Positions 1-8,155 are shown, counted from the first letter of the stretch. The stretch is DNA of 25,788 nt from a virus (IMGVR_UViG_3300020045_018756:1-25788); one strand, 5' to 3'. Translations and numbers: made by a program. The notes: a model not told the origin generated them from the sequence alone.

Positions 1-1
1 C

Positions 2-277
2 CTTTTGGAAAAGGGAAACCTTGGAAAACCTAAGCGGCACACCGAATGGCGGGAAAATGCCCCATGGGTTTCCGGCGGATATTTGGCTCGGGTTGCCCAG
101 TACCAATGCCGCTGCGGGGAAGTCAATGAATACCTCATCGGCATCTTCCACGTTGAAACTCGTGGCACCGAGCGCAAGGAAACGGCCCTGGACCTGCGTA
201 ATTTTCAAAGGCACGATTCAATCCATCTGACCTACACTTTTCTCCCCAATCAGGCCATCTGTCCCGCCTGCCTTTAA
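2..277 (+). CDS. Small zinc-ribbon protein, probably 5'-truncated by the window edge
   Basis: Frame is open from the window start; contains CRCG and a C-terminal CPAC motif. Confidence 0.6.
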   Translation, partial: LLEKGNLGKPKRHTEWRENAPWVSGGYLARVAQYQCRCGEVNEYLIGIFHVETRGTERKETALDLRNFQRHDSIHLTYTFLPNQAICPACL

Positions 278-301
278 GCGGACAATTTTTGAAAGCAAAT
301 C

Positions 302-619
302 ATGGAATTCTCTGAATCCCGCATCGCTGAAATGCTCGACGCACATGCTCCGGCTGATGGCACCCCGGGGGAATGCCCTCATGCCCTTCTTGTCATCATG
401 GCAAGCTGCCTCTGCGGCCTGCGCCTCGCCCTGGCAAATTCCATCGGACGTGAACTCCTGACCGAGCGCTTTGAACAGGTCCGTCGCATGACCGATCAAA
501 TCACCGAAATGGGCATGGCTGCCGTCTGCAAAACCCCCGATGACGTGAAACTCTTTGAACAAACCTTCCTCGCCCTGGAGCGGGATTACAAGGACCTTTT
601 GAATGATTGCAAGTCTTAA
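302..619 (+). CDS. Hypothetical phage protein (helical)
   Basis: 105-aa ATG ORF that overlaps the next gene and fits the tiling of the operon. Confidence 0.7.
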   Translation: MEFSESRIAEMLDAHAPADGTPGECPHALLVIMASCLCGLRLALANSIGRELLTERFEQVRRMTDQITEMGMAAVCKTPDDVKLFEQTFLALERDYKDLLNDCKS

Positions 620-788
620 GGCGCTAAGGGAAAAGGCGGCGCAGGGGATAATCCTTTCCCTCGACGAAGTAAAAGCTTTCGTCGCCGCCTCTCGCAAGTC
701 CTACACCGCCGCCGAGGCCAAGGTCAAAGACCCGAAAAAACTCTCCCGCGACAAAGCCCCGGTGCAACAGGACATTGATTTTTTTTGA
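603..788 (+). CDS. Small protein with C-terminal DIDFF tail; paralog of 1624-1818
   Basis: 61 aa with AAGGA upstream; shares an A.G...[KR]AF[VI].A core and the D[IV]DFF end with 1624-1818. Confidence 0.75.
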   Translation: MIASLKALREKAAQGIILSLDEVKAFVAASRKSYTAAEAKVKDPKKLSRDKAPVQQDIDFF

Positions 789-802
789 AAGGGAAATCCA
801 TC

Positions 803-1012
803 ATGCCCATCCCCAAAAACTTCGCCGCAATCCTTGACAAACCCGGGAAATATTGTGTCCGGCAGAGTTACTACACATGGTATTGCGAAGTGACCTCAGA
901 AAAAGAAATCTATCAGCTTCGCCCCTCCGACCTGACCCGTGACGGCATCCTTTCCGAAGATGGATGGAACCTTGAACAAGCGGAAAAAGCCACACTTATT
1001 CCTTTGGAGTAA
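803..1012 (+). CDS. Hypothetical phage protein
   Basis: ATG at 803 preceded by AAGGGA; 69 aa. Confidence 0.65.
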   Translation: MPIPKNFAAILDKPGKYCVRQSYYTWYCEVTSEKEIYQLRPSDLTRDGILSEDGWNLEQAEKATLIPLE

Positions 1013-1015
1013 ATC

Positions 1016-1342
1016 ATGCCCCTCTTCCTCCCCTCCGACCCGGACCTTTTCCCCACTGGTGAACTGAAAAAAGTGGAAAAAGCCCCCGAGCCAAAGCTCG
1101 AACCCAAGGACGACTGGAAAGAAGTCAAGCCCGGCATTTTCCAGAATGGATTAGGGCAAAAGCGAACCGGGGACATGCGGACGAAAATCGAGGAATCCCC
1201 ATCAAATTTCACCAAAATAACAATTAATATCGAGGGCGACACAACTACCCGGGACATGACTCCTTATTCCAAAGCACATTGGGACGCTTGGTTAACCGGT
1301 TGGTTAAATACCTATCCCGGTATAACTTGGCAATTCTCCTGA
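1016..1342 (+). CDS. Hypothetical phage protein
   Basis: GGAG RBS, ATG at 1016, 108 aa. Confidence 0.7.
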   Translation: MPLFLPSDPDLFPTGELKKVEKAPEPKLEPKDDWKEVKPGIFQNGLGQKRTGDMRTKIEESPSNFTKITINIEGDTTTRDMTPYSKAHWDAWLTGWLNTYPGITWQFS

Positions 1343-1350
1343 CCCCTCGC

Positions 1351-1418
1351 TTTGGGGCCTTCCCAGCCCCAAACCAATGGGCCATCCCCCATTCCGTTGC
1401 AGACGGTTTTCTGCGGAA
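1351..1418 (+). promoter_or_regulatory. Intergenic run of three tandem hairpins (possible structured RNA or regulatory element)
   Basis: TTTGGGGC/GCCCCAAA (1351-1373), AATGGG/CCCATT (1376-1393) and GCAGA/TCTGC (1399-1414) lie in one of the few intergenic gaps. Confidence 0.4.
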
Positions 1419-1430
1419 AGAAAAACCAGC

Positions 1431-1637
1431 ATGGAACTCACTAGACGCTATCAAGCCTTTCGCATTGTCCGTGAACCCATCGGCAAGGCCCCATTGGGCG
1501 AAATTCGCATATCTATGCAACCCATCGGAAAGCCCTTTCTCTCTCCCGAACCGGAAAAGGCCCTGCAAACCGCCTATCAGCAATTCCCCCTTCTCGGTCG
1601 GGGGGTTTGTGTGGGGTCAGCCCATGACTACTCCTGA
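1431..1637 (+). CDS. Hypothetical phage protein
   Basis: ATG at 1431 (MELTRRY...) after a purine-rich GGAAAGAAAA; overlaps the next gene. Confidence 0.6.
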   Translation: MELTRRYQAFRIVREPIGKAPLGEIRISMQPIGKPFLSPEPEKALQTAYQQFPLLGRGVCVGSAHDYS

Positions 1638-1818
1638 CCCCAATCTCTCCCTCCAAGCGGACGAAATAATCCGCGCAGTGAACGCCGGGGAGAAAATCCC
1701 AGCCGAAGCCCTGCGCGCTTTTATCCTCGCCGCCAATGCAAACCTTGAAAACAATCGAAAAACCCGCATCAAGGAAGAAGCGAAACTTCTCAAACCCACA
1801 GACGTGGACTTTTTCTGA
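1624..1818 (+). CDS. Small protein with C-terminal DVDFF tail; paralog of 603-788
   Basis: ATG at 1624 (MTTPDPN...), 64 aa. The longer 1279 start would overlap two other genes. Confidence 0.75.
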   Translation: MTTPDPNLSLQADEIIRAVNAGEKIPAEALRAFILAANANLENNRKTRIKEEAKLLKPTDVDFF

Positions 1819-1827
1819 AGAGGCAAA

Positions 1828-2118
1828 ATGAACACTGAATACCAAATCTCCCCCACGGCAAAACTGGTGATAGATTTTGACTATCAGCCCGGAAGCCCTG
1901 GGGTTCACACATTGCCCAACGGCGATCCGGGCTACCCTGAAACCCCGGAAACCTTGGAAATTACCTCAATTGAACTCCACACAAAGCTCGGAAATAAGTG
2001 GTTCCCCTCCACCATTTTCCTCGACATGGAAATCCTGAACGAAGAATTCCTTTTGTCCCTGGCCGAAAAGGAAATCGAACGCCAACGGAAAATCCGTGAA
2101 GCCTCACAGGAAGACTAA
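1828..2118 (+). CDS. Hypothetical phage protein (PNGDPGYP motif)
   Basis: GAGG RBS, 96 aa, acidic. Confidence 0.75.
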   Translation: MNTEYQISPTAKLVIDFDYQPGSPGVHTLPNGDPGYPETPETLEITSIELHTKLGNKWFPSTIFLDMEILNEEFLLSLAEKEIERQRKIREASQED

Positions 2119-2119
2119 C

Positions 2120-2278
2120 ATGATCCAATCTAACACCACCATCGCAATTCTCCTTGGCACCGGCTTTCTAGCCTTTCTTCTTTTCATCGGCAGCATGGCC
2201 CAGCTTTCCCTCGACTGCCGCAAGGCTGCAATGGCGCAGAAATATTCCGCCATTGAAATTCAGGGGATTTGCAAATGA
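2120..2278 (+). CDS. Small single-pass membrane protein
   Basis: AGGA RBS; hydrophobic IAILLGTGFLAFLLFIG followed by a short domain with two Cys. Confidence 0.7.
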   Translation: MIQSNTTIAILLGTGFLAFLLFIGSMAQLSLDCRKAAMAQKYSAIEIQGICK

Positions 2279-2682
2279 CCATTATATGCGACCCCGAAGA
2301 CGCTTGGCTTCTAACTAGATATTCCTGGCATCTAAACAATTCCGGTTATGTTTCAGGCGGGGGCACTCGCCTATTTCACCGGGTAGTAATGCAAGCCAAA
2401 CCGGGGCAAGAAGTTCACCATAAGAATCACAACAAACAAGACTGCCGCAAGGAAAATTTGGAATTTGTGACACATGCTGAAAATGCAGAAGCGCATTGGC
2501 AATTGAAGCATCCGGCAAAGCGCCTTCCAAAAACGTCAACCACAAAAATTGTCGGAGTTTCATGGGATAAAAAAGCAAATAAATGGCGTGCTTACACAAC
2601 GCATCCGATGCGGGTTATCGGACGTTCCATTGATTTCTTTGAAGCCTGCTGCCTTCGCAAAAGTTGGGAGCGTTATGTATAA
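2275..2682 (+). CDS. Free-standing HNH homing endonuclease with AP2-like C-terminal domain
   Basis: FHRVVM...VHHKNHNKQDCRKENL...ENA is an HNH motif; C-terminus is GVSWDK..KW...DFFEACC.RKSWE; ATGA overlap with the upstream gene. Confidence 0.9.
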   Translation: MTIICDPEDAWLLTRYSWHLNNSGYVSGGGTRLFHRVVMQAKPGQEVHHKNHNKQDCRKENLEFVTHAENAEAHWQLKHPAKRLPKTSTTKIVGVSWDKKANKWRAYTTHPMRVIGRSIDFFEACCLRKSWERYV

Positions 2683-3622
2683 TCAATTCACCCCAAACAC
2701 AAAGACCGAATTTCCTCTGGTCTTCGATAATTCCATGCGCAGCGCCTTTGTCTCCTGCCCCCAAGCTTTCCATTGGGAGTACATGCGGCACCTGAAAACC
2801 CTTCAGCCCAGCATCCACCTGCATGCCGGAAAGGCCTGGGCCAGCGCATTGGAAATGATGCGATTGGTCTTTTATCGGGACAAAGAGCCCATTGAAAATG
2901 CAATGGAAGCGGGCATTCAGGCGCTCATTGCGGAGTACGGGGATTTTCCCTGCCCTCCGCATGTGGCGAAATCCCTCCCCCGCATGCTGGAAGCGTTTAC
3001 TTACTACTGTCAGGCATTCCCTTTGGACGCCGATCCTGTGCAGCCCTATTGGGGCCACAACGGCCCGATGGTTGAATTTTCCTTCGCCCTCCCCCTGGAC
3101 ATTGAGGATGAAGGGCTCCGTCACCCCGACACCGGGGAGCCAATCCTCTATTCCGGCCGTGCCGACATGGTGGCAACCTATGCCGGCGCCCTGTCCATCT
3201 ACGATGACAAAACAACCTCCCAACTCGGCGCTCAATGGTCCGGTCAATGGGACCGCAGAAGCCAATTTTCCGGCTATGCTTGGGCCGCACAGCAGATGGG
3301 GCTGAATGTTTCACAGATAATCGTCCGTGGCATCGCAATCAAAAAAACATCCATCGACCACGCCCAAGCCATCACTGTTCGCACAAAAGAACACATAGCC
3401 GAATGGCACAAGCAGGTTAAACGCGACATCAAACGCGCCATCACCTGCTACACCGAAGGCTACTGGGACAAAGACCTCGCCGAATCCTGCTCCGGCTATG
3501 GCGGCTGCATCTTCAAACAGCCCTGCGGCGCAAAAGACCCCGAACCCTGGCTAACCAGCAACTTCCAAATCCGGGAATGGAACCCCGTAACTCGTGAGGA
3601 GATTACCCATGAATCAACTTGA
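2675..3622 (+). CDS. PD-(D/E)XK nuclease, Cas4/AddB-like exonuclease with probable Fe-S cluster
   Basis: N-terminal SCP, core EFSF...GRADMV...IYDDKTT...Q..GY, and C-terminal C-x5-C-x5-C giving a 1+3 Cys arrangement; ATG at 2675 after GGGAG. Confidence 0.88.
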   Translation: MYNQFTPNTKTEFPLVFDNSMRSAFVSCPQAFHWEYMRHLKTLQPSIHLHAGKAWASALEMMRLVFYRDKEPIENAMEAGIQALIAEYGDFPCPPHVAKSLPRMLEAFTYYCQAFPLDADPVQPYWGHNGPMVEFSFALPLDIEDEGLRHPDTGEPILYSGRADMVATYAGALSIYDDKTTSQLGAQWSGQWDRRSQFSGYAWAAQQMGLNVSQIIVRGIAIKKTSIDHAQAITVRTKEHIAEWHKQVKRDIKRAITCYTEGYWDKDLAESCSGYGGCIFKQPCGAKDPEPWLTSNFQIREWNPVTREEITHEST

Positions 3623-3842
3623 ATATGCCAAAACCCTCCGTGAAGGCGCGGAGAAGCTTTTAACTTCGCCAACTAGTCAGTGGTGGTATGCTAGCATTTC
3701 TAGTAGCGATCAAGTTTTTAATTGGCTTTGCAAACTTAGTGAATCGGAAAAACCTTCTCATCCTCTCGACTTCATGACCAACAACCAAGCCGCCCTCTGC
3801 TTCCTCCTCCTCGCCACTGCCCTCGAATCCGGGGACCTGTAA
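3609..3842 (+). CDS. Hypothetical phage protein
   Basis: GAGGAG RBS, ATG at 3609, 77 aa. Confidence 0.7.
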   Translation: MNQLEYAKTLREGAEKLLTSPTSQWWYASISSSDQVFNWLCKLSESEKPSHPLDFMTNNQAALCFLLLATALESGDL

Positions 3843-4048
3843 TGGGCCAAAAAACCATCTTCATTTCCGCAGTGTCCATAAAAAACCTCCTCACCGACCC
3901 CCCATCCAAGATTTTTCTTCTCCGTGCCGCAGCTTTGGAAAAACAGGCCACCCATTGCGATGTCTTTTTTCCCTGGCCGGCTTTGGCAGAGAGCTTTCGA
4001 AACGACGCGGAGAAACTGAGACAGGCTTATAGAAAGGGTTTGAAATGA
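3842..4048 (+). CDS. Hypothetical phage protein
   Basis: TAATG overlap with the upstream gene; 68 aa. Confidence 0.65.
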   Translation: MGQKTIFISAVSIKNLLTDPPSKIFLLRAAALEKQATHCDVFFPWPALAESFRNDAEKLRQAYRKGLK

Positions 4049-4494
4049 CTAACACCGCCGAACTACAGGCGCGGCTGCGGATAGCCGATGCGCGAGGACT
4101 GGCCCCGCCACAAAACTGGACAACCGTTTGCGCCGACGCCCTCGCCGCACAGGATGCGGAGCTTGCCGCGCTACGGGCAGAGCGTGACGCTGCTGTGGCG
4201 GATGCGGAGCGGTGGCGCTGGTTGCGCGAGCTTCGGTGCAACTCGTTGAGCCTGACGCGCAACGATGACCACGCATGCAACTACATGACCGCGAAGCAGT
4301 GGATTGAAGAAACCGGGCGAGCCGAAGACTGGGAAGACGTACCCGCCGAAGAGTTGCAGCGCATGAAGGACACGAACACCATCTGGCGCCTGCAGGTGTA
4401 CCCGGACACCCCCATCGGCTTCAATGTATGGCATGGCGCAACGCCAGAAGCAGCCGTTGACGCAGCCCGCACACAGCCGGAGAAAAAGCCATGA
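4045..4494 (+). CDS. Accessory phage protein (Ead/Ea22-like ALRAERDA..DAERWRWLR module)
   Basis: Recognisable lambdoid-type accessory motif; higher GC than its neighbours; ATGA overlaps at both ends. Confidence 0.75.
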   Translation: MTNTAELQARLRIADARGLAPPQNWTTVCADALAAQDAELAALRAERDAAVADAERWRWLRELRCNSLSLTRNDDHACNYMTAKQWIEETGRAEDWEDVPAEELQRMKDTNTIWRLQVYPDTPIGFNVWHGATPEAAVDAARTQPEKKP

Positions 4495-4784
4495 CCCGCC
4501 TCCCCTGGCCCGGTGAAATCTGGGTTCTAACTTTCTCCCGCGGAATCCCGGGCGTTAAACCCCTGGAAGTCCAAATCACCGATGTCGATTCCTCCCTCGT
4601 TTGGTTCGTCTACACCGATAAAAACGATACCTCAAATCTCCTCGCCACTCCCACGGAAATCTTCCCCTCCCTCTACACTTTTGTCCGAGGCTCGCAATGC
4701 AAGATCCAAGCGAAAAAGAGCTTTTCCTTCAAAACCGCTTGGCAATGGCTTCGGTCCTTCTTCACCAATGTACCCAATTCCTAG
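4491..4784 (+). CDS. Hypothetical phage protein (small beta/SH3-like N-terminus, amphipathic C-terminus)
   Basis: GGAG RBS and ATGA overlap; PWPGEIW...V.ITDV pattern. Confidence 0.65.
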   Translation: MTRLPWPGEIWVLTFSRGIPGVKPLEVQITDVDSSLVWFVYTDKNDTSNLLATPTEIFPSLYTFVRGSQCKIQAKKSFSFKTAWQWLRSFFTNVPNS

Positions 4785-4824
4785 CCCGGCATCCCCATCC
4801 TAACTCAACCCTTTTCATCGTCCA

Positions 4825-5157
4825 ATGCGAAGATTTTTTCTTGGAAACACGGAACTTGCTTCTTGCGGAAGTGGAGAAGGAAAATTCGGCTGGAAACTCT
4901 TTTGCCGCACCTGCGGAGAAACCTGGGGAGAAATTCACGGGGTGGAAAAGCATGAATGGGCAAGCGTATCAACACCATGTGGAAAACACGGAACAGCCCA
5001 TTGGACCGGGGGCTCATTCCTCCGTCCACTTATCTGGTGGGACGAAAGAAACGGACGGACAATGGAGGCTCAGCTTAATAGCCTCGATGAGACAATGCTT
5101 CGATACGAGGCAAAAGTGAAAGCTTTACAGATAAAGGAACACTCATGTGCATCCTAG
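4825..5157 (+). CDS. Zinc-finger protein (CxxC...CxxH)
   Basis: FCRTCGETW...PCGKH; overlaps the next gene; preferred over the overlapping 4697 frame. Confidence 0.65.
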   Translation: MRRFFLGNTELASCGSGEGKFGWKLFCRTCGETWGEIHGVEKHEWASVSTPCGKHGTAHWTGGSFLRPLIWWDERNGRTMEAQLNSLDETMLRYEAKVKALQIKEHSCAS

Positions 5158-5369
5158 CCAAAACCATTTTCAACGAATGCGAAAAGCATTTTGAAAAATC
5201 CGACGCGAAATACTATTCTCATCTATATCGCATCCACAACGGTGCTGGGTATCTTATCATAAATCGAACAGATTGGGAAAAACAATCAACCGATCAGGAG
5301 AAATTTGCGGTAATCCAAACCCGCCTGAACACCCTTTTCAACCTTATTAGCACAAAGGCATCAGCATGA
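5145..5369 (+). CDS. Hypothetical phage protein
   Basis: AAGGA RBS, 74 aa, ATGA overlap with the ATPase gene. Confidence 0.65.
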   Translation: MCILAKTIFNECEKHFEKSDAKYYSHLYRIHNGAGYLIINRTDWEKQSTDQEKFAVIQTRLNTLFNLISTKASA

Positions 5370-6247
5370 CCGAACTTCAAACCGCACTTGCCAAGGTTCC
5401 AAAAGACTACACCGGATTTAAGACGCTCCTAATGGGCCCCACCGGCGTAGGCAAGACTCGTTCAATAGGCACATTAATCGATCTTGGGTTGGAAGTATTT
5501 TACATTAGTCTGGAGCCGGGTCTGGAGACTCTGATCGGCTATTTTACAGACCCTAAACCTGAAGGGCAGGGTCTGGATAAGCTTCCTGCAAATTTCCATT
5601 GGCACACAATCAAAGCGAATACCCAAAAATTCTCCCAGATGAAGGAAATTGCTTCCAACATCGGGAAATTTGATTTGTCCGCAATCGCCAAAATGAGAGA
5701 TTCGAACAGAGCTCAGAACAATCAAATGCTACCTTTGTATGAATGCCTTAACGACTTCACGGATCAAAAAGATGGAAAAAAATATGGACCTGTCGATGCA
5801 ATGGGCCAAAATTGTGTTGTTGTTATTGACGGTCTATCTGCCCTTTGCCGTATTGCTATGGAAATGGTTACCGGGGCAAAGCCTGTCCGCGACAAGCCAG
5901 ATTATGGCATTTATGCAGGTAATGTTAGCAATCTGCTACTCAAGCTAACCAGCGGCTGCATTTGCCACTTCGTCATCCTAGCCCACGTCGACCGCGAAGT
6001 AGATGAAGTAATGGGTGGGGTTAAACTCTTCCCCTCAGTCTTAGGGAACTCACTCCGTGCCAATCTCACTCAACCGTTCTCGGACGTTATTCTTGCAACG
6101 CGAGAAACGTCGAAATTCTTCTGGGACACGGCGAACAGTCAAGCCGACCTTAAAACCAGAAATTTGCCAATTAGCTCTCGAATCGAACCGAACTTTGACC
6201 AAATTTTCCTTAGATGGTTGGGACGGGCAAGTGTCTCGGGGGCCTAA
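5366..6247 (+). CDS. P-loop ATPase, AAA_24 / Sak4-like single-strand annealing recombinase
   Basis: Walker A GPTGVGKT, Walker B VVVIDG, DYG and ILAH motifs; sits near the exonuclease and SSB-like genes. Confidence 0.85.
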   Translation: MTELQTALAKVPKDYTGFKTLLMGPTGVGKTRSIGTLIDLGLEVFYISLEPGLETLIGYFTDPKPEGQGLDKLPANFHWHTIKANTQKFSQMKEIASNIGKFDLSAIAKMRDSNRAQNNQMLPLYECLNDFTDQKDGKKYGPVDAMGQNCVVVIDGLSALCRIAMEMVTGAKPVRDKPDYGIYAGNVSNLLLKLTSGCICHFVILAHVDREVDEVMGGVKLFPSVLGNSLRANLTQPFSDVILATRETSKFFWDTANSQADLKTRNLPISSRIEPNFDQIFLRWLGRASVSGA

Positions 6248-6611
6248 TCCATTTTATCCCCTAACCTACGAAGAGGCGAAAGCTTTGATGCTGGATTTTC
6301 AGGGGGACTATCGAAATTTAACCTATCGAGGCGATCCTGTTGAATTAACAGGCATCACCGACTACATGCGTGGAAAGCAGGAACCCCGCACCTTCACAAT
6401 CCACCACACCAAATCCGAGCGGGTGGAGATTGTGGAGTTGACCGAAGCAATGGAATATTGGTTGCAGCAGGTTGGCAGTTTCACACACTATACTGTTCCA
6501 CCCCTTGAAGTTAGCTGGATAGCAAATAAACAAGACTACATTGTTAGCCACCTCCTTCGCATAACCCGCGAAGACATTTTAACCGAACGCATCATCGAAA
6601 GCCCGACATGA
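6231..6611 (+). CDS. Hypothetical phage protein
   Basis: Fills the gap after the ATPase; start uncertain (GTG at 6231 chosen). Confidence 0.6.
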   Translation: MSRGPNPFYPLTYEEAKALMLDFQGDYRNLTYRGDPVELTGITDYMRGKQEPRTFTIHHTKSERVEIVELTEAMEYWLQQVGSFTHYTVPPLEVSWIANKQDYIVSHLLRITREDILTERIIESPT

Positions 6612-6802
6612 ACATCAAACTCACAAAACCCTGGGTCATCCAACCCTGCGCGAATGGCATTGCCCTTTTTCCCCTTGGTGGCTCCGCCCTCGACCTGAAA
6701 GATGCCTATTTCTTCGCAGACACTTTGGACCTAAAAACGGCTATCGTTTCCCTCATCGAAAATGATTCTCCAAAAGAACCAGAAAAAACCCTTGACACCT
6801 GA
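6608..6802 (+). CDS. Hypothetical phage protein
   Basis: ATGA overlap; 64 aa. Confidence 0.65.
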   Translation: MNIKLTKPWVIQPCANGIALFPLGGSALDLKDAYFFADTLDLKTAIVSLIENDSPKEPEKTLDT

Positions 6803-6820
6803 ACCAAATCCCCCTATCAT
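6792..6820 (+). promoter_or_regulatory. Sigma70-type promoter for the SSB-like gene
   Basis: TTGACA (6792-6797), 17-nt spacer, TATCAT (6815-6820), with an A-tract upstream. Confidence 0.85.
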
Positions 6821-6823
6821 CCC

Positions 6824-6872
6824 ATCCTGCCCTAGCCCGGGGGACTATCGCAGGATTTACCCTCCCTCCCCC
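6824..6872 (+). promoter_or_regulatory. Structured 5' leader, candidate pseudoknot
   Basis: Stem ATCCTGC (6824-6830)/GCAGGAT (6850-6856); loop GGGGGA (6839-6844) is complementary to TCCCCC (6867-6872). Confidence 0.5.
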
Positions 6873-6898
6873 AAATGCAAAAAGGAAACTTAAACATC

Positions 6899-7348
6899 AT
6901 GGCTAATAACCGCCTGTTTGACCCCGTGGCTTTTATGAACGAGCAATTGGAAGAAAATGCCACGGCATCTATTCCTCTCCCCGAAGGCGAACCCTTGGCG
7001 CAAATCGTGAAAGTCGATTTTGCCAACGGCGAGAAAAACGGTAAGCCCTGGACCCGCTTGGACGCCCGGCTGGAAATCACGGACTTTGCCTATCTCGGCG
7101 ATTACCCCGCCGTGGACGGCAAGGTTTCCCGCACCTTCGGCATCATGCTGGATTTGGAAAACGGCCAAATCGCCACTGGCCCCAATCGCAATGTTCGCCT
7201 GGGCAAGTTCCGTGAAGCCGCCGGCGTCAATGGCAAGCCCCTGGCTGCATTGGTCGGCCAAATGATCCGAGTTGCAATCAAGCAAAAGCCTGGTTACAAC
7301 GACCCCAGCCAAACTGTCGATGAAATCGTGGGTTTCTCGGCGGCGTGA
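6899..7348 (+). CDS. Putative ssDNA-binding protein (OB-fold, DUF669-like)
   Basis: AAGGA RBS; P.PEGE..AQI..V...G...GKPW...L.ALVGQ.IRV.IKQ pattern; own promoter and terminator; lies in the Sak4 recombination module. Confidence 0.65.
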   Translation: MANNRLFDPVAFMNEQLEENATASIPLPEGEPLAQIVKVDFANGEKNGKPWTRLDARLEITDFAYLGDYPAVDGKVSRTFGIMLDLENGQIATGPNRNVRLGKFREAAGVNGKPLAALVGQMIRVAIKQKPGYNDPSQTVDEIVGFSAA

Positions 7349-7354
7349 TTGACC

Positions 7355-7385
7355 GGGGCCGGGGAAACTCGGCCCCTTTTTCTTT
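7355..7385 (+). terminator. Intrinsic terminator after the SSB-like gene
   Basis: GGGGCCGGG-GAAA-CTCGGCCCC hairpin followed by TTTTTCTTT. Confidence 0.9.
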
Positions 7386-7393
7386 GGAAAATC

Positions 7394-7549
7394 ATGATCC
7401 CCCTCTGCCACACTTGCCGACATTATCGAAATTCTCCCGCCGGGGAGAAATGTGCCAACCCCAAAATCCCCGCTGGGCCAAACCCCTTATTCTGGGCCGT
7501 TTTAAAATGCGGGGAGAAAAGGGACTTCTGGGAGAAAAAACGTGATTGA
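7394..7549 (+). CDS. Small Cys-rich protein
   Basis: ATG at 7394; CHTCRH...C...C; 51 aa. Confidence 0.55.
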   Translation: MIPLCHTCRHYRNSPAGEKCANPKIPAGPNPLFWAVLKCGEKRDFWEKKRD

Positions 7550-7913
7550 TTTTACCGGTTTGTCGAAGGTCGTCACTGCGATTGCGTTTCGAGGAAAAAC
7601 CTATTCAATTGAACGGTTAACCCCGAATGGGCTTTTAGAACTGCAAGAGGCATTGCGGGAAATTGATAGGCCCGCAGCAGCGCAGCCGCTGACCGCAATT
7701 GCAAATGACATTCTCTCGGCTACAGAAGTGCTCAATCAGGTGCGCGCCCTAGACGCCGCCACCCCACCAGCAGCGCCTGAGCCGCTGAGCGAGTGGGCCA
7801 TCGTCGAAATGGTGTCGACGTGGGGCGCTACCAAAGGCGCGAGCCTTGCCGATCTGATCCGCACGGTTGAGCGCGCCCACGGCATTGGGGCCGGCGCACA
7901 GGAGCGGGCATGA
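7542..7913 (+). CDS. Hypothetical, apparently chimeric accessory protein
   Basis: GTG start after GGAG; the 3' half is GC-rich and ends in a R.VE.AHGIG motif typical of temperate-phage accessory proteins. Confidence 0.65.
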   Translation: MIDFTGLSKVVTAIAFRGKTYSIERLTPNGLLELQEALREIDRPAAAQPLTAIANDILSATEVLNQVRALDAATPPAAPEPLSEWAIVEMVSTWGATKGASLADLIRTVERAHGIGAGAQERA

Positions 7914-8155
7914 CCGAATACGAAGCCCAAGTCATTTTCCATGCCTGGCACAAAGAACAGTGCCAGTGGCATTTAATGGCGGGGCTTTCAAGAAAATACA
8001 AATGGCACCGGGAACAAGCTAAGTGGCATAATGCTCGCTTGAACACCCTTCCTCTCAGTTTTTTTGTGGCGTACGCTTTTAAGAAAAATGCGCACCTAAT
8101 CACCGCAAATGTTACAAAGAACAACTCCCTTTTCAACCGTCTAAAAGCAAAATGA
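7910..8155 (+). CDS. Hypothetical basic protein
   Basis: AGGAG RBS; ATGA overlaps at both ends. Confidence 0.65.
   Translation: MTEYEAQVIFHAWHKEQCQWHLMAGLSRKYKWHREQAKWHNARLNTLPLSFFVAYAFKKNAHLITANVTKNNSLFNRLKAK

Noticed and set aside
834-862. TTGACA at 834-839 as a promoter
   Set aside because: It lies inside a CDS and has no -10 element at 16-18 nt spacing.
2675-3622. Cas4-like protein as evidence of a CRISPR system
   Set aside because: No repeat-spacer array or other cas genes were seen; solo Cas4-like nucleases are common in phage recombination modules.
4697-5119. Alternative 140-aa ORF
   Set aside because: It overlaps two better-supported genes; the 4825 frame has a coherent zinc-finger motif.
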